From assembly GCA_963821905.1 (NCBI GenBank), contig CAWGFP010000009.1:454868-518867 (forward strand): 64,000 nucleotides of DNA, in the 5' to 3' direction. Made by a program: the position numbers and the translations under genes. The notes below the pieces were generated by a model. That model was not told the origin of the DNA and made no database searches. It worked only from the letters and a program-made list of their open reading frames with translations. Within the stretch, counting starts at the first letter, position 1. Every line of letters begins with the position of its first letter. Positions 9,126 through 20,726 of the stretch are shown in pieces. The stretch is from Thermoanaerobaculia bacterium. Lineage in GTDB: Bacteria > Acidobacteriota > Thermoanaerobaculia > Multivoradales > JAGPDF01.

Positions 9126-10686
9126 ATGACGAGCGCTGCCGTTTCGCTGAGACTCACCCGCTGGGCGGCAGGCATGGCCGCCGCGGCGATGGCCGTCGCG
9201 GTGTGCGGTGGGCTGGGCGGTGAGGCCGCGAGGGCGCGCGCCGGCGAGCCGTCGGCGCGTCCCAATCTCGTGGTGATTCTCACCGACGATCAGGACCTGC
9301 TGCTCGACTCGCTCTCCGCCATGCCGCGGGTGCGAAACGAGCTCGCCGGCGAGGGCGTGACCTTCACCCAGGCCACGGTGCCTCTCTCCTCCTGCTGCCC
9401 GGCGCGCGCCACCCTGCTGCGCGGCCAGTACGCGCACAACCATGCGGTCTACTCGAATCAGGCGCCGGACGGCGGGTTCGCGCGGTTTCGCGACCTCGGC
9501 CGCGAACGCAAGACGATCGCCACGGCGCTGCGCTCCGCCGGCTACCGCACGGCGCTCTTCGGCAAGTACCTCAACGGCTATCCCGACGGCGTGGCGCCGG
9601 ATTACGTTCCGCCCGGCTGGGACGAGTGGCTGAGCCCGGCGGCGGGCGACGCCTACGGCGAGTTCGACTACACCCTGAACGACGACGGCCGCCTGGTGGC
9701 GCGAGGTAGCGCGCCGGGGGACTACCTCACCGACGTGCTCGCGGAACGGGCGCGGCGGTTCGTCGCCGAGTGGTCGGCGGCGGCGCCCGTTCTTCCTGCT
9801 GCTCGCTCCCTACGCGCCGCACAAGCCCTACGTGCCGGCGCCGCGGCACGCCGGCGATTTTGCCGGCGCGCGAGCTCCGCGCACGCCCGGCTTCGACGAG
9901 GCCGACGTCACCGACAAGCCGGCCAAGATCCGCCGGCTTCCGCGCCTGAACGCCGCCGCCATCGCCGCGCTCGACGCCATCCATCGGGACCGCCTGCGCT
10001 CGCTCGCCGCGGTCGACGAAATGGTCGGCGGTCTGCTCGACGAGCTGGCGGCGCGCGGCGAGCTCGAGCGCACCTACCTGGTGTTCACCTCCGACAACGG
10101 TTACCACCTCGGCCAACACCGCCTGCCGCCGGGTAAGTTCACCGCCTACGAGGAGGACGTGAGGGTGCCGCTGATCGTGCGCGGTCCCGGAGTCGAGCGC
10201 GGCGCGACGCGCGAGCACCTGGTGTCGCAGGTCGATGTCGCTCCCACCCTGGCCGAGCTCGGCGGCGCCCGCCTCGGCTTGCCGAGCGACGGGCGCTCGT
10301 TTGCGCCCTTGTTGCGTCCGGCCGCGCCGGCCGCATCGGCGTGGCGGCAGGTGACGCTGCTCGAACAGTTCGCCTACCGGCCGGCGCCGGTGGCGCCCGG
10401 CGGCGTGCTCGAACCGCCCGAGGCCCAGATCGGAGCGGCGTTCCAGGAGTACCCGACCTTTCGCGGACTGCGGGCCCCGGGGTTCAAGTACGTCGAATCA
10501 GCCAACGGCGCTCGCGAGCTCTACGACCTGGAGCGTGATCCGGGCGAGCTCCACAACCTCGCCGGCCAGCTCCAGCGCCGTCAGCGTGTGGCGCTCTCCG
10601 GCCTGCTCGGCCGCCTCGGCGAGTGCCGCGGCGACGAATGCTGGCAACTCGAGCGCGCCCGGCCGCCGTCCCCGATTCGCGAGTAG
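9126..10686 (+). pseudogene. arylsulfatase (formylglycine-dependent), single frameshift near 9785
   Basis: Signal peptide. Sulfatase signature SSCCPARATLLRGQY (C-x-P-x-R). The second half continues in ORF 9832..10686 (YLVFTSDNGYHLGQHRLPPGKF...). Confidence 0.75.
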
Positions 10687-10747
10687 ACGGCTGTCGCCGC
10701 TTCGGCGGGTTTCGGAGATCTCCCGATGGTAACGTCCGGCGCGAGCC

Positions 10748-12115
10748 ATGGGCCGCGCCAAGAATCGACCCGATCGGTCGGAACCGGCCGCCGCCGCGGC
10801 TCCACGATCGCGCGGCGCGGCCCTCCTGGACCGGCTCTTTGCCCCGGTCGATGCGTCCTCCATGCTGCTTTTCCGGCGCTGCTTCGGTGTGGTCATGGTG
10901 TGGCAGATGCTCAAGTACACCTACGGACAGGTCCTGGAATCGCAGTGGATCAGGCCCATCTTCCGCTTCACCTATGTCGGTTTCGAATGGCTGCCGAGGG
11001 TCTCTAGTCCTGTCTTCGAGGCGATCGGCTGGACCCTGTTGGCGTGCGCCGCGGCGATCAGCCTGGGACTCGCCGCCCGTCTCGCCTGCGGAGCATTCGC
11101 CGTGCTCTACGGCTATCTGGTGTTGGTCGATAAGGCGAACTACAACAACCACGACTACTTGATCACCCTGGTGGCGTTGGTGCTCGCCTTTCTGCCGATC
11201 GCTCCCAAGGAGGCGCGCGGCACTGCTCCGGCGTGGTCGCTGTATCTGCTTCGTTTCCAGATCGCGATGCCCTACGTCTTCGGAGGCATCGCCAAGCTGC
11301 AGTCCGACTGGCTGCGCCGCGCCGAGCCGCTCAAGATCTGGTTCGCGGACAAAGCGGCCCTCTCCGGCCGGTCCGACTGGCTGACCTCCGATGGGGCAGC
11401 ATACGCAATCGGCTGGGGTGGGGCGGTCTTCGACCTCGCCATCATCCCGCTGCTCCTTTGGCGCCGGACCCGGGTCGTGGCCGCGATCCTGGCGCTTGCG
11501 TTTCACCTCACGAACTTCGGCCTGTTCAACATCGGCGTCTTCCCTGCGTTGATGATCGCGGCGACGGGCTTGTTCCTGGACCCGGGCTGGCCACGCCGTT
11601 GGCGGCTGGTGCGACGTCCGGCACCCTCCCAACGCGGCGGGCATGTCTCTGTCGGCGTGCAATGGACGATTGCCGCGGCGCTCGCCGCCTACGTTGGCCT
11701 CCAGGTCTTCCTACCGCTGCGCCACTTCTTGATTCCCGGCGTGGTGGATTGGACCGAGCAGGGTCACACCTTCGCCTGGCGCATGAAGATCCGCGACAAG
11801 CGAGGAAGCCTCGATTTCGTCGCGCACAGCCTTGACTGGCCGGCGCCGCGGCCGCTGCCCGGGAGTCTCCCTGCGCTGCTTTCTCCCAGGCAGCAGCAAA
11901 TGATGCTCCACGATCCCGAGATGATCCGCCAGTTGGCGGCGCATCTCGCCAGCGAGATGCGCGAGATGGGCGCGGGTCTGGTGACCGTGCGCGTCTTGAC
12001 GTCGATCTCCCTCAACGGCCGGCCGGCGCAGGACATGATCCGCCCGGACGTCGACCTCTCGGAGCTGCCGGCCGGGCTGCCCGCCGAGCAGTGGATCGCG
12101 CCGCTGGCCCGCTGA
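10748..12115 (+). CDS. HTTM-domain protein (vitamin K-dependent gamma-glutamyl carboxylase-like integral membrane protein)
   Basis: Intact 455 aa. The N-terminal ~280 aa hold multiple TM helices with the HTTM-like pattern (LLFRRCFGVVMVWQML...NHDYLITLVALVLAF...FAIGWGGAVFDLAIIPLLLW), followed by a soluble C-terminal domain. Confidence 0.65.
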   Translation: MGRAKNRPDRSEPAAAAAPRSRGAALLDRLFAPVDASSMLLFRRCFGVVMVWQMLKYTYGQVLESQWIRPIFRFTYVGFEWLPRVSSPVFEAIGWTLLACAAAISLGLAARLACGAFAVLYGYLVLVDKANYNNHDYLITLVALVLAFLPIAPKEARGTAPAWSLYLLRFQIAMPYVFGGIAKLQSDWLRRAEPLKIWFADKAALSGRSDWLTSDGAAYAIGWGGAVFDLAIIPLLLWRRTRVVAAILALAFHLTNFGLFNIGVFPALMIAATGLFLDPGWPRRWRLVRRPAPSQRGGHVSVGVQWTIAAALAAYVGLQVFLPLRHFLIPGVVDWTEQGHTFAWRMKIRDKRGSLDFVAHSLDWPAPRPLPGSLPALLSPRQQQMMLHDPEMIRQLAAHLASEMREMGAGLVTVRVLTSISLNGRPAQDMIRPDVDLSELPAGLPAEQWIAPLAR

Positions 12116-12196
12116 GTTCCGTGTGCTATCGTTTCGGCCCGAAATTTGCGCCTTCGCGCAGCTCGACTCTGACCGCTCGGATCTCCAGGAATTTCT

Positions 12197-13161
12197 ATGA
12201 AAAAGATCGGCATTCTGCACGGCAAGGAAAATACCTTTCCGCCCGCGCTCGTCGACGCCATCAACGCCAAGAAGGTGGCAGGCATCGTCGCCGAGCCGGT
12301 CTGCATCGACAAGCTCGTCCAGGGCGAGCCCAGCGGCTACGCGGTGATCATCGACCGCATCTCGCAGGACGTCCCCTTCTACCGCGCCTACCTCAAGAAC
12401 GCCGCGCTCAACGGCACCGCGGTGATCAACAACCCGTTCTGGTGGAGCGCGGACGAGAAGTTCTTCAACAACTGCCTGGCGACCAAGATCGGCGTGGCGG
12501 TGCCCAAGACCGTGCTGCTGCCCTCGAAGGAGCATCCGCCGGACACCGGCGCCGAAGTCCTTCCGCAACCTGGCCTATCCGCTGGACTGGGAGGGGATCT
12601 TCGACTACGTCGGCTTCCCGGCTTACTTCAAGCCGCATTCCGGCGGCGGCTGGAAGAACGTCTACAAGGTGAACGACCCGCGAGGATTTCTTCGCGAAGT
12701 ACTCGCGAGACCGGCCAGCTGGTGATGCTGCTCCAGGAAGAGATCAAGTTCGACCGAGTACTTCCGCTGCTACGTCCTCGACTGCCAGGACGTGCGGATC
12801 ATGCCCTACGACCCGCGGCAGCCGCACCACCTGCGCTACGTGCGTCGACGGACCCGACCGAGGACCAGGATCTGATCGACCTGGTGGCCGATCGACGACG
12901 CTGCTCAAGCTCTGCCGCGCCCTGGGCTACGACTTCAACACCGTCGAGTTCGCGGTGCGCGACGGCATGCCGTACGCCATCGACTTCTGCAACCCGGCGC
13001 CCGACGCCGACCGCGCACTCGGTGGGCGAGGAGAACTTCGACTGGGTGCTCGAGGCGGCGGCCAACATGGCGATCCGCCAGCGCCCAGGCGCACGAAGCC
13101 GGGCGAGAACAACCTCACCTGGGGCGAGTTCGTCAGCTCGTTCGCGGCCGCCGCGCGCTGA
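12197..13161 (+). pseudogene. ATP-grasp ligase, RimK/GshB-like, with at least 4 frameshifts
   Basis: The N-terminus [29 protein letters not shown]...[13 protein letters not shown] is intact. Downstream, ATP-grasp motifs ([38 protein letters not shown]) appear only when the frame is shifted by single bases. Confidence 0.6.
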
Positions 13162-13186
13162 AGCCGGGTCCGGGCATAGTCGCCGA

Positions 13187-14314
13187 ATGAGCGAAGCCAA
13201 GCTGCTTCACGCTCGGGATCGAGGAAGAGTTCCAGCTCATCGATCCCGAGACGCGCGACCTGCGCTCGCACATCCAGGAGATCTGCGACGAGGGCAAGGA
13301 CATCCTCGGGACCAGCTCAAGCCCGAGATGCACCAGTCGGTCGTCGAGGTCGGCACCCGCGTCTGCGCCGACATCCAGCGAGGCCCGCGCGCGAGGTCGT
13401 CCGGCTGCGCACGCCAGCTCGCCGCGGTGGCGCGCGGCCAACGGCCTGACGCATCGCGCGCCGCCGGCACCCACCCGTTCGCGCGCTGGCAGGACCAGCA
13501 GATCACCCTCGATCCGCGCTACGACGAGATCGTCGAGGACCTGCAGCAGGTGGCGCGCGCCAACCTGATCTTCGGCCTCCACGTCCACGTCGGGATCGAC
13601 GACCGCGAGATCGCGATCCACATCATGAACGCGGCGCGCTACTTCCTGCCGCACATCTTCGCGCTGTCCACCAACTCGCCGTTCTGGGAGGGCCGCAACA
13701 CCGGCTTCAAGTCCTATCGCTCGCAAGATCTTCGACCGCTTCCCGCGCACCGGCATCCCGGACTACTTCTCCAGCGTCTCGCGAGTACGACAACTACATC
13801 AAGCTGCTGGTCAAGACCGGCTGCATCGACAACGCCAAGAAGATCTGGTGGGACATCCGCATGCACCCGTTCTTCGACACCCTGGAGTGCCGGATCTGCG
13901 ACGTGCCGATGCGGGTCGAGGAGACGCATCGCGCTCGCGGCGCTGATGCAGGCGGTGACCGCCAAGCTCTACAAGCTGATCAAGCTCGAACCTGGGCTTC
14001 CGGCTCTACCGCCGGCTGCTGATCAGCGAGAACAAGTGGCGCGCCGGCGCGCTACGGCATCCACGGCAAGCTGATCGACTTCGGCAAGCAGGAGGAGGTG
14101 GACTGCGTCGACGCTGATCCACGAGCTGCTCGAGTTCGTCGACGACGTGGTCGACGAGCTGGGCAGCCGCGAGGAGCTGCCTGCTACATCGACGCATCCT
14201 GCGGCATGGGCACCGGCGCCGACCGCCAGATCGCGGTCTGGGAGCGGACGCAGCGACCTCAAGGCGGTGGTCGACCACATCGTCGAGGAGACGCACGCCG
14301 GATTGAGCGCTTGA
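13187..14314 (+). pseudogene. carboxylate-amine ligase, YbdK/GCS2 (glutamate-cysteine-ligase family 2), multiple frameshifts
   Basis: Fragments such as [19 protein letters not shown], ...[50 protein letters not shown]... and [17 protein letters not shown] reconstruct a YbdK-like protein across several frames. Confidence 0.65.
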
Positions 14315-14359
14315 GTTGTGCCACGCATGGAAGTCGATCGAGATTGCGAGGAGAGTGGA

Positions 14360-15388
14360 ATGGATCTGAGCTGTCGTCGCCTACGACCCGGACCTGGCCC
14401 CCGGGCGCGTACAACGCGATCCACACCTGCCTGCGGCTCAAGCCCGAGGAGCGGGTGACCCTGATCACCGACCTCGAGGCCCTGCGAGATCGCCGCCGCC
14501 CTGGTGCACGAGATCGAGCGCGTCGGCTCGCCCTACAGCGCGTTCGTGCTCGAGGAGTTCGGCCAGCGGCCGCTGCGCACGGCATGCCGCAAGGAGGTGC
14601 TGGACGACCTGGAGCGGTCGCAGGTCAGCGATCTTCGCCGCCCAGGCGCAGACCAGGGCGAGCTCGGCTCGCGCATCGCCATGACCGAGCGTGGTCAACC
14701 GCCAGCGGCATCCGCCACGGCCACATGGTGAACATCGACCGGCAGATCATGCTCGAGGGGATGCGCGCCGATTTCGCCGAGGTCGACGCCTGATCCGAGC
14801 GCCTGATCGCCAGGGCGCGCGCGGCGCGCAGATCCGCGTCACCTCGCCCGCCGGCACCGACCTGCTGGCCGAGCTTCTCGCCGCACCTCAAGTGGATCAA
14901 GACCAGCGGCATCATCACCGCCGGAGAAGTGGGGCAACCTGCCGGGCGGCGAGATCTTCACCTCGCCGTGCGACCGTCAACGGCCGCTTCGTGGTCGACG
15001 GCGTGGTGGGCGACTACCTCTGCCGCAAGTACGGCGACCTGCGCGCGCACGCCGCTGACCATCGAGATCCGCGACAGCCGCATCGTCGGCCTCGACTGCG
15101 CCAACCACGAGCTGCTCGACGAGTTCCGCGCCTACACCGCGACCGACGAGAACTCCGACCGGGTGGGCGAGTTCGCCCTCGGCACCAACATCGCGGTCGC
15201 AGACGTGCGCGGCAACATCCTCCAGGACGAGAAGATCCCCGGCGTGCACATCGCCTTCGGCCACCCCTACGCCCAGCACACCGGCGCCGACTGGGTCTCG
15301 ACCACCCACATCGACTGCGTCGGCCGCCGACTTCGACATCTGGATGGACGGCGAGCAGGTGATGCGCGACGGGGTGTACGTCGTCTAA
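14360..15388 (+). pseudogene. M29-family (AmpS/PepS-like) aminopeptidase-like protein, multiple frameshifts
   Basis: Fragments GEIFTSP.., RVGEFALGTNIAVADVRGNILQDEKIPGVHIAFGHPYAQHTGADWVSTTHIDCV match M29 C-terminal motifs (GEIAIG.N, DEKIGG.VHLALG, HWDLV.D). Confidence 0.5.
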
Positions 15389-15418
15389 CGGAGGCTCGAT
15401 GTCCTCAAGGGTCGCCGC

Positions 15419-16614
15419 ATGGACCCCGAGCTGCGCCGCGCTTACAACGCCGCTTTCACCGAGGACGCCTACGCCCGCATGCGGCGCTGGCTCGAGCAGG
15501 AGGGCGGCTGTCCGGTCGATTTCCGGGTCAGCGAGACGCCGCTCTTCCTGCCGCTCGAGCTGGCCAGCGAGCTCGAGCGGGCCGCCTGGGAGATCTTGCG
15601 GCCAGGTCACGTCGCCGGAGTACCTGGCGATCGCCGACCGCGCCATTCCTGCCGGGTACCGGCGTGCCCGGCGAGGACGCGCACCCCGTCTTCCTCCAGG
15701 TCGACTTCGCACTCGCCGCGGTCGACGGGCGAGTGGCGCCCCGTCTCATCGAGCTGCAGGGGTTTCCCTCGCTCTACGGCTTCCAGTGGCTGCTGTCGCG
15801 CGGCTATCGAGAGCATTTCGCCATTCCTGCCGGCTGGAGCACCTACTTCTCCGGTCTCGACGACCGTAGCTATGTCGAGTGCCTGCGCGAGGTGATCGTT
15901 GGCGACTGCGACCCGGCCGAGGTCGTCCTGCTGGAGGTCGAGCCCGAGAAGCAGAAGACCCGCATGCGACTTCGCGGTCACCGAGCGCATGCTCGGGGTG
16001 CGCGACCGTGGACGCCCTGAAAGTAATTCGGCGCGGCCGCCGCTTGTATTACCAGCGGCAGGGCCGCGAAGTCGAGATCCGCCGGATCTACAACCGGGTG
16101 ATCTTCGACGAGCTGCAGAGGAAGGGGCATCGACCTTCGGCCACCTGTTCCGACGCGAGGCGCACGACGCTTACTGGGTCGGTCATCCGAACTGGTACTT
16201 CAAGATCAGCAAGTTGTCGCTGCCCTTGCTCTCCAGCGAGTACTGCTCCGCCGTGCCACTTCCTGAGCGACTTGCCGCGAGATCCCGGAGGACCTCGAGA
16301 ACTACGTCCTCAAGCCGCTCTTCTCCTTCGCCGGACTGGGCGTCGAGGTGGGGTCGACGCCCGGAGCAGCCTGCGCGCCGTCGACCAATCCCGAGGACTG
16401 GATCCTGCAGCGCAAGGTCGAGTACGCGCCGGCCATCGAGACCCCCGACGGCCCGGCCAAGGCCGAGATCCGCATGATGTTCGTCTGGCGGGACGGCCAG
16501 CCGGTGCTGATCAACAACCTGGTGCGCATGAGCAAGGGCAAGATGATGGGGGTCGACTTCAACAAGGACAAGACCTGGATCGGCGCCTCGGTGGCTTTTC
16601 ACCCGCCGTGGTGA
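15419..16614 (+). pseudogene. glutathionylspermidine-synthase-like / circularly-permuted ATP-grasp amidoligase, multiple frameshifts
   Basis: PRLIELQGFPSLYGFQWLL resembles the GspS pre-ATP-grasp motif. The C-terminal fragment ILQRKVEYAPAIETPDGPAKAEIRMMFVWRDGQPVLINNLVRMSKGKMMGVDFNKDKTWIGASVAF is seen. The exact family is uncertain. Confidence 0.4.
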
Positions 16615-16655
16615 GCCAGCAGCGATAAGATCGGCCTTTCTCGAGGTCAAACGCC

Positions 16656-18352
16656 GTGCCCAACCTACCCGCCACCATCGGTCGCTACCGCATCACCGGC
16701 GAGCTCGGCCGCGGCGGCATGGGCGTGGTCTACCGCGCGGTGGATCCGCAGCTCGACCGGCAGGTGGCGGTGAAGCGAATCTCGCTCGACAGCGGCGAAC
16801 CCTCGGCGGGCGAGCTCGAGAACCGATTCCTGCGCGAGGCGCGGTTGGCGGCGCGGCTGCACCACACGGCGGTGGCGACCGTGTTCGACGCCGGCCGGGA
16901 CGGCGACGCGCTCTATCTCGTCATGGAGCTGGTGGAGGGCGAGTCGCTGCAGCGGCGGCTGGCGCGCGGAAACTTTCCCAGCGCCGGGCAATCCCTCGAG
17001 CTGGCGGCGCAGGTCGCGGACGCGCTCGCCGCCGCCCACCAGAAGGGGATCATCCACCGCGACGTCAAGCCGGCGAACATCCTCCTCACCGCCGAGGGAG
17101 CGGTCAAGGTCAGCGATTTCGGCGTTGCCAAAGCGGTCGGCGACGCCACCGATCTGACGCGCTCGGGCACGGTGCTCGGCAGCCCGGCCTATATGGCGCC
17201 CGAGCAGATCCAGGGCCAGGGCATCGATACCCGGGCCGACATCTTCTCGCTCGGCGTGGTGCTCTACGAGATGTTGCTCCACCGCCGGCCGTTTCCCGCC
17301 GACACGGTGACCACGCTGATCTACCAGATCCTGCATCAGGATCCGCTCGACGACCCGCTGGCCATGCGCGCGCTCGGGGCCGAGCTGGGGATCTTCCTGC
17401 GCCAGGCGCTGGCCAAGAATCCCGCCGATCGCGTGCCTGACGCCACGACCTTCGCGCGCCGGGCCCGTGAGCTCGCCGCCCGCATGGCCGCCGGTGAGCA
17501 GGTTGCAACCGGCGCGACCTTGAGGCTTCCCGAGCGCGCGGCTCCCGCGCCCGTCGTGCAGACCGCCCCAGCGCCGGCCGCGACGGCGCGGCGAAATCCG
17601 CTGTGGGTTGCCGCGGTCGCCGGCGTCGCCGGCGCACTCGTCCTGGCGGGAGCCTATTGGCTGCTGCGGCGTCCGCCCGCGCCGCCGGTTGGCGTCGCGA
17701 CACCGGTTCGTGTCGAGCCGCGCGCCACGTCTCTTCCGCCTGCCTCGGCGAATCCGGCGGGGCCACAGGTCCACGGCGGCCGAAACCTCTCCGGCGCCCC
17801 CCAGCGCGAACCCGCCGGCCGAGCTCGAGACGGTGGTGACGGCGCCCGCCGTGGGTGAGGTTCGAACCAATCCCTACGCCGCGCGTGAGCCGAGCGTTCC
17901 GGCCTCGCGGCCCGCGGCCGCCGCGCCGGCGCCAGCCCGCGTCGTACAGACCGCGCCCGTGAGCCAGCCGGCGGCAGCCCAGAGTCCTGCCGCGGCACCG
18001 GCCGAAACCGGCCGAGTCGGAGCCGGCCGTTGCGCAGCAAGCGGTCCCGGAGCCCGCGCCGCAGCCGGTCGTGCCGGCGCTGCCGGTGGCGCAGGTCTTC
18101 CACGCCCGCAAAGGGGCCGAGTTCAATGTTTCGCCTGAGGAAGCGATCGTGGCAGTGAATGGCCAGCGCATCGGCGCCGCCGACGACTGGGACGGAGCCG
18201 GAGGTGGCAAGGTGTACATGTTCTCGGGCCCGGGAACCTACGACATCCTGCTGACGATGGACGGCTACGAGACCATGCGGATCCAGGTCGTGGTCGCCGC
18301 GGACGCCAAGCGGGAGATCGCCGATGTCGACAGCGAGTTGCAGGAGCGCTAG
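16656..18352 (+). pseudogene. Ser/Thr protein kinase with TM helix, Pro/Ala-rich linker and C-terminal PEGA domain; at least 2 frameshifts between 17800 and 18070
   Basis: The kinase domain is intact (GRGGMGVVYRA, VAVK, HRDVKPANILL, DFGVAK, SPAYMAPE). A TM helix (LWVAAVAGVAGALVLAGAYWLL) follows. The C-terminal ORF 18071..18352 (ARKGAEFNVSPEEAIVAVNGQRIG...GTYDILLTMDGYETMRIQVVV) is a PEGA domain in another frame. Confidence 0.75.
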
Positions 18353-18491
18353 CGCACGGGAACTTTAGGGTTGAGGCGCGAGTCTCTAGGCCTGGGGCCA
18401 TATGACGAGCGCCGGCGGACTTGCCTTCCCTTCCTGGGGACCCCTCCAACCCTCTGGTGGTGTAGGATTTGTAGCTCCAAGGTCGCCCGAG

Positions 18492-19538
18492 ATGGCAGAT
18501 TCCGACCGCATGAAGCGGCGCCTCCTCGACGAGGCGGTGCAAGAGAACCTGGATACGCTCCGGGGGATCCGGCGGCGTCCCGCGCGGCGGGACGATCGTT
18601 CGGCCTGGCTGCGCTCGAGCGTTTTTCTCCTCATACCGACGGCCCTCTTCGGCGCCTCCTTGCTGCTTCCCGACGCACAGCGCGGCGGCGCGGCCCTGGA
18701 AGCCGCCGCGAACGCGCCGGCGCCGGTCGCGCCTCAGGCCGCGCCGGCGCAGCCGGCGGGGCTCACCTCCACGTTGCCGCTGGAATCCGTCGTCGAACCG
18801 GTCAGTCTGCCGGCTCCGGCGGCGCTCGATCCGGCGGTGTTCTCGCTCGCCGTGCGACGGGTGGTGGTGGATCCCGGACATGGCGGCGATAGCCACGGTG
18901 CGGAGGCGCCTGGGGCCTGCTGGAGAAGGAGCTCACGCTCGACATCGCGCAGCGCCTGCGCGCCTGCTCCAGGAGCGGACTTCGAGGTCGTCATGACCCG
19001 TGAGCGCCGACGAGGACCTCGCGCTGGGCGAGCGCGCGGCGGCTCGCCAACGCGACGAGGGCCGACATCTTCGTCTCGATCCACCTCAACTGGATCGCCG
19101 GCGGCAGCACGCGGGGTCGAGACCTACTACCTCGGGCCGACCGAGGACCCGTTCCTCAAGCGGCTCGCCGCGGCGGAGAACCGCGACTCCGGCTACTCGC
19201 ATGGCCGACATGCGGACGGCTGCTCGAGGGCGTCTACGCCGACGTGCGGGCAGGCGAGTCGCGCCGCCTTGCCGAGAGCGTGCAGAGCGAGCTGTACCGT
19301 TCGCTGCGCGCACGTCAATCCCGAATTGCGCGACCGCGGCGTCAAGACGGCGCCCGTTCATCGTCCTGGTGGCCACCGAGATGCCGGCGATCCTGGCCGA
19401 GGTCTCGTGCCTGTCGAACGAGGACGAGGCGGCGCTGCTCAGAGATCCCTCCTATCGTCAACGCATCGCCGACGCCCTGGCGGCCGGCATCCAGGGCTAC
19501 TCCAACGCCGTGTCGAACGGCGAGCAGAAAGGACCTTG
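18492..19538 (+). pseudogene. membrane-anchored N-acetylmuramoyl-L-alanine amidase (Amidase_3/AmiC-like), several frameshifts
   Basis: N-terminal cytoplasmic segment plus a TM helix (SVFLLIPTALFGASLLLP). Amidase_3 fragments VVVDPGHGG, ADIFVSIHLN, VETYYLG, GVKTAPFIVLVATEMPAILAEVSCLSNEDEAALL span three frames. The stop lies 4 nt before the next start. Confidence 0.7.
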
Positions 19539-19542
19539 ACGC

Positions 19543-20574
19543 ATGAGTCAACGGAACGATCCTCCACGTCGGGATCGACCTCGGCACGTCGCGCAGCTCG
19601 ATCTCGGCCTCCAACGGGCCGCGCCACGTGGTCGAGAGCTACGTCGGCTGGCCGCTCGACATGGTGGCGCGCAAGGTGCTCAAGAAACAGGTGCTGGTCG
19701 GCCGCGAGGCGCTCGACAACCGCCCGATGCTCGACCTCCACCGGCCGCTCGAGCGCGGCCTGATCAAGGAAGGCTCGGAGAAGGACGAGATGGCGGTGCG
19801 CGAGCTGCTGTCGCATCTCCTGGCGCTGGCCGGCGCCGAGCGCAACGGCAAGAGCGCACCCAAGGTGCGCGCCGTGGTCGGCGTGCCCGCCGAGGCGCTG
19901 CGGGTCAACAAGCAGAACCTGCGCAAGCGCCCTCGCCGGCCTCACCGACAGCCTGATGATCGTCTCCGAGCCCTTCGCCGTCGCCTACGGGATGGACGCG
20001 CTGCTGCACACGCTGATCATCGACATCGGCGCCGGCACCACCGACTTCTGCGTGATGAACGGCCGCTACCCGACCGAGGAGGACCAGCGCACGCTGCCCC
20101 AGGCCGGCGACTGGGTCGACGAGCAGCTGCAGCGCATGATCGGCGAGCGCTATCCCGAAGCGAGGTTCTCGATCCACATGGTGCGCGAGTGGAAGGAAAA
20201 ACACAGCTTCGTCGGCGAGCCCAAGCCGAAGGTGATGGTCACCGCGCCGGTCAACGGCAAGCCGACGCAGCTCGACATCACCAACGAGATGCGCGCCGCC
20301 TGCGAGGGCCTGATGCCGCCGGTGGTCGAGACCATGCTCGACCTGCTGTCGCGGGTCGAGCCCGAGTACCAGGAGCGGGTGCGCAACAACGTCGTGCTGT
20401 CCGGCGGCAGCGGCCTGATCAAGCGGCCTCGGTACCGCGCTCGAGGCGGCGCTCGCCGAGGTCGGCGGCGGCAAGGTGAAGGTGGTCGAGGATCCGGTGT
20501 TCGTCGGCTCCGACGGCGGCCTGGCGATCGCCAAGGACGCGCCGGATAGCGACTGGGAGAAGCTCGCGGGATGA
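19543..20574 (+). pseudogene. actin-family ATPase closest to MamK (MamK-like actin), about 3 frameshifts
   Basis: Reconstructed sequence GIDLGTSRSSISASNGPRHVVESYVGWPLDMVARKVLKKQVLVGREA...MIVSEPFAVAYGMDALLHTLIIDIGAGTTDFCVM...HSFVGEP...ACEGLMPPVVETMLDLLSRVEPEYQERVRNNVVLSGGSGLIRGL. By recall it matches MamK motif-for-motif (GIDLGTSHT, VVGYP, VVSEPFMVGYG, IVDIGAGTTDICAL, FSFVGTP, ACEALMPDIIESIETLL...EYQ) better than it matches MreB. Confidence 0.7.
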
Positions 20575-20596
20575 ACCGACAAGACTCGACGCGGGG

Positions 20597-20657
20597 TGTG
20601 ACAGGCCGGAGACCGGACTCCTGGTTCTTGACTTGCATGGTGACAGGCGGATATTTT
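20597..20657 (+). promoter_or_regulatory. AT-rich candidate promoter with a 13-nt direct repeat upstream of the TPR-tonB-exbBD genes
   Basis: TTGACT (20628-20633), 18 nt, then TATTTT (20652-20657). Direct repeats GTGACAGGCCGGA (20597) and GTGACAGGCGGAT (20638) occur in an unusually AT-rich stretch for this 70% GC DNA. Confidence 0.3.
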
Positions 20658-20726
20658 TCGGCTTCTGTGCTCGATCCAACGCTGGCTCGGCCCGCGGAAC
20701 CTTTTGAACCGAAGCGCTCTCTAGGA

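Noticed and set aside
12115-12197. Small palindrome TTTCGGCCCGAAA as an operator or terminator
   Set aside because: The stem is too short, with an essentially zero-length loop, and the palindrome is imperfect.
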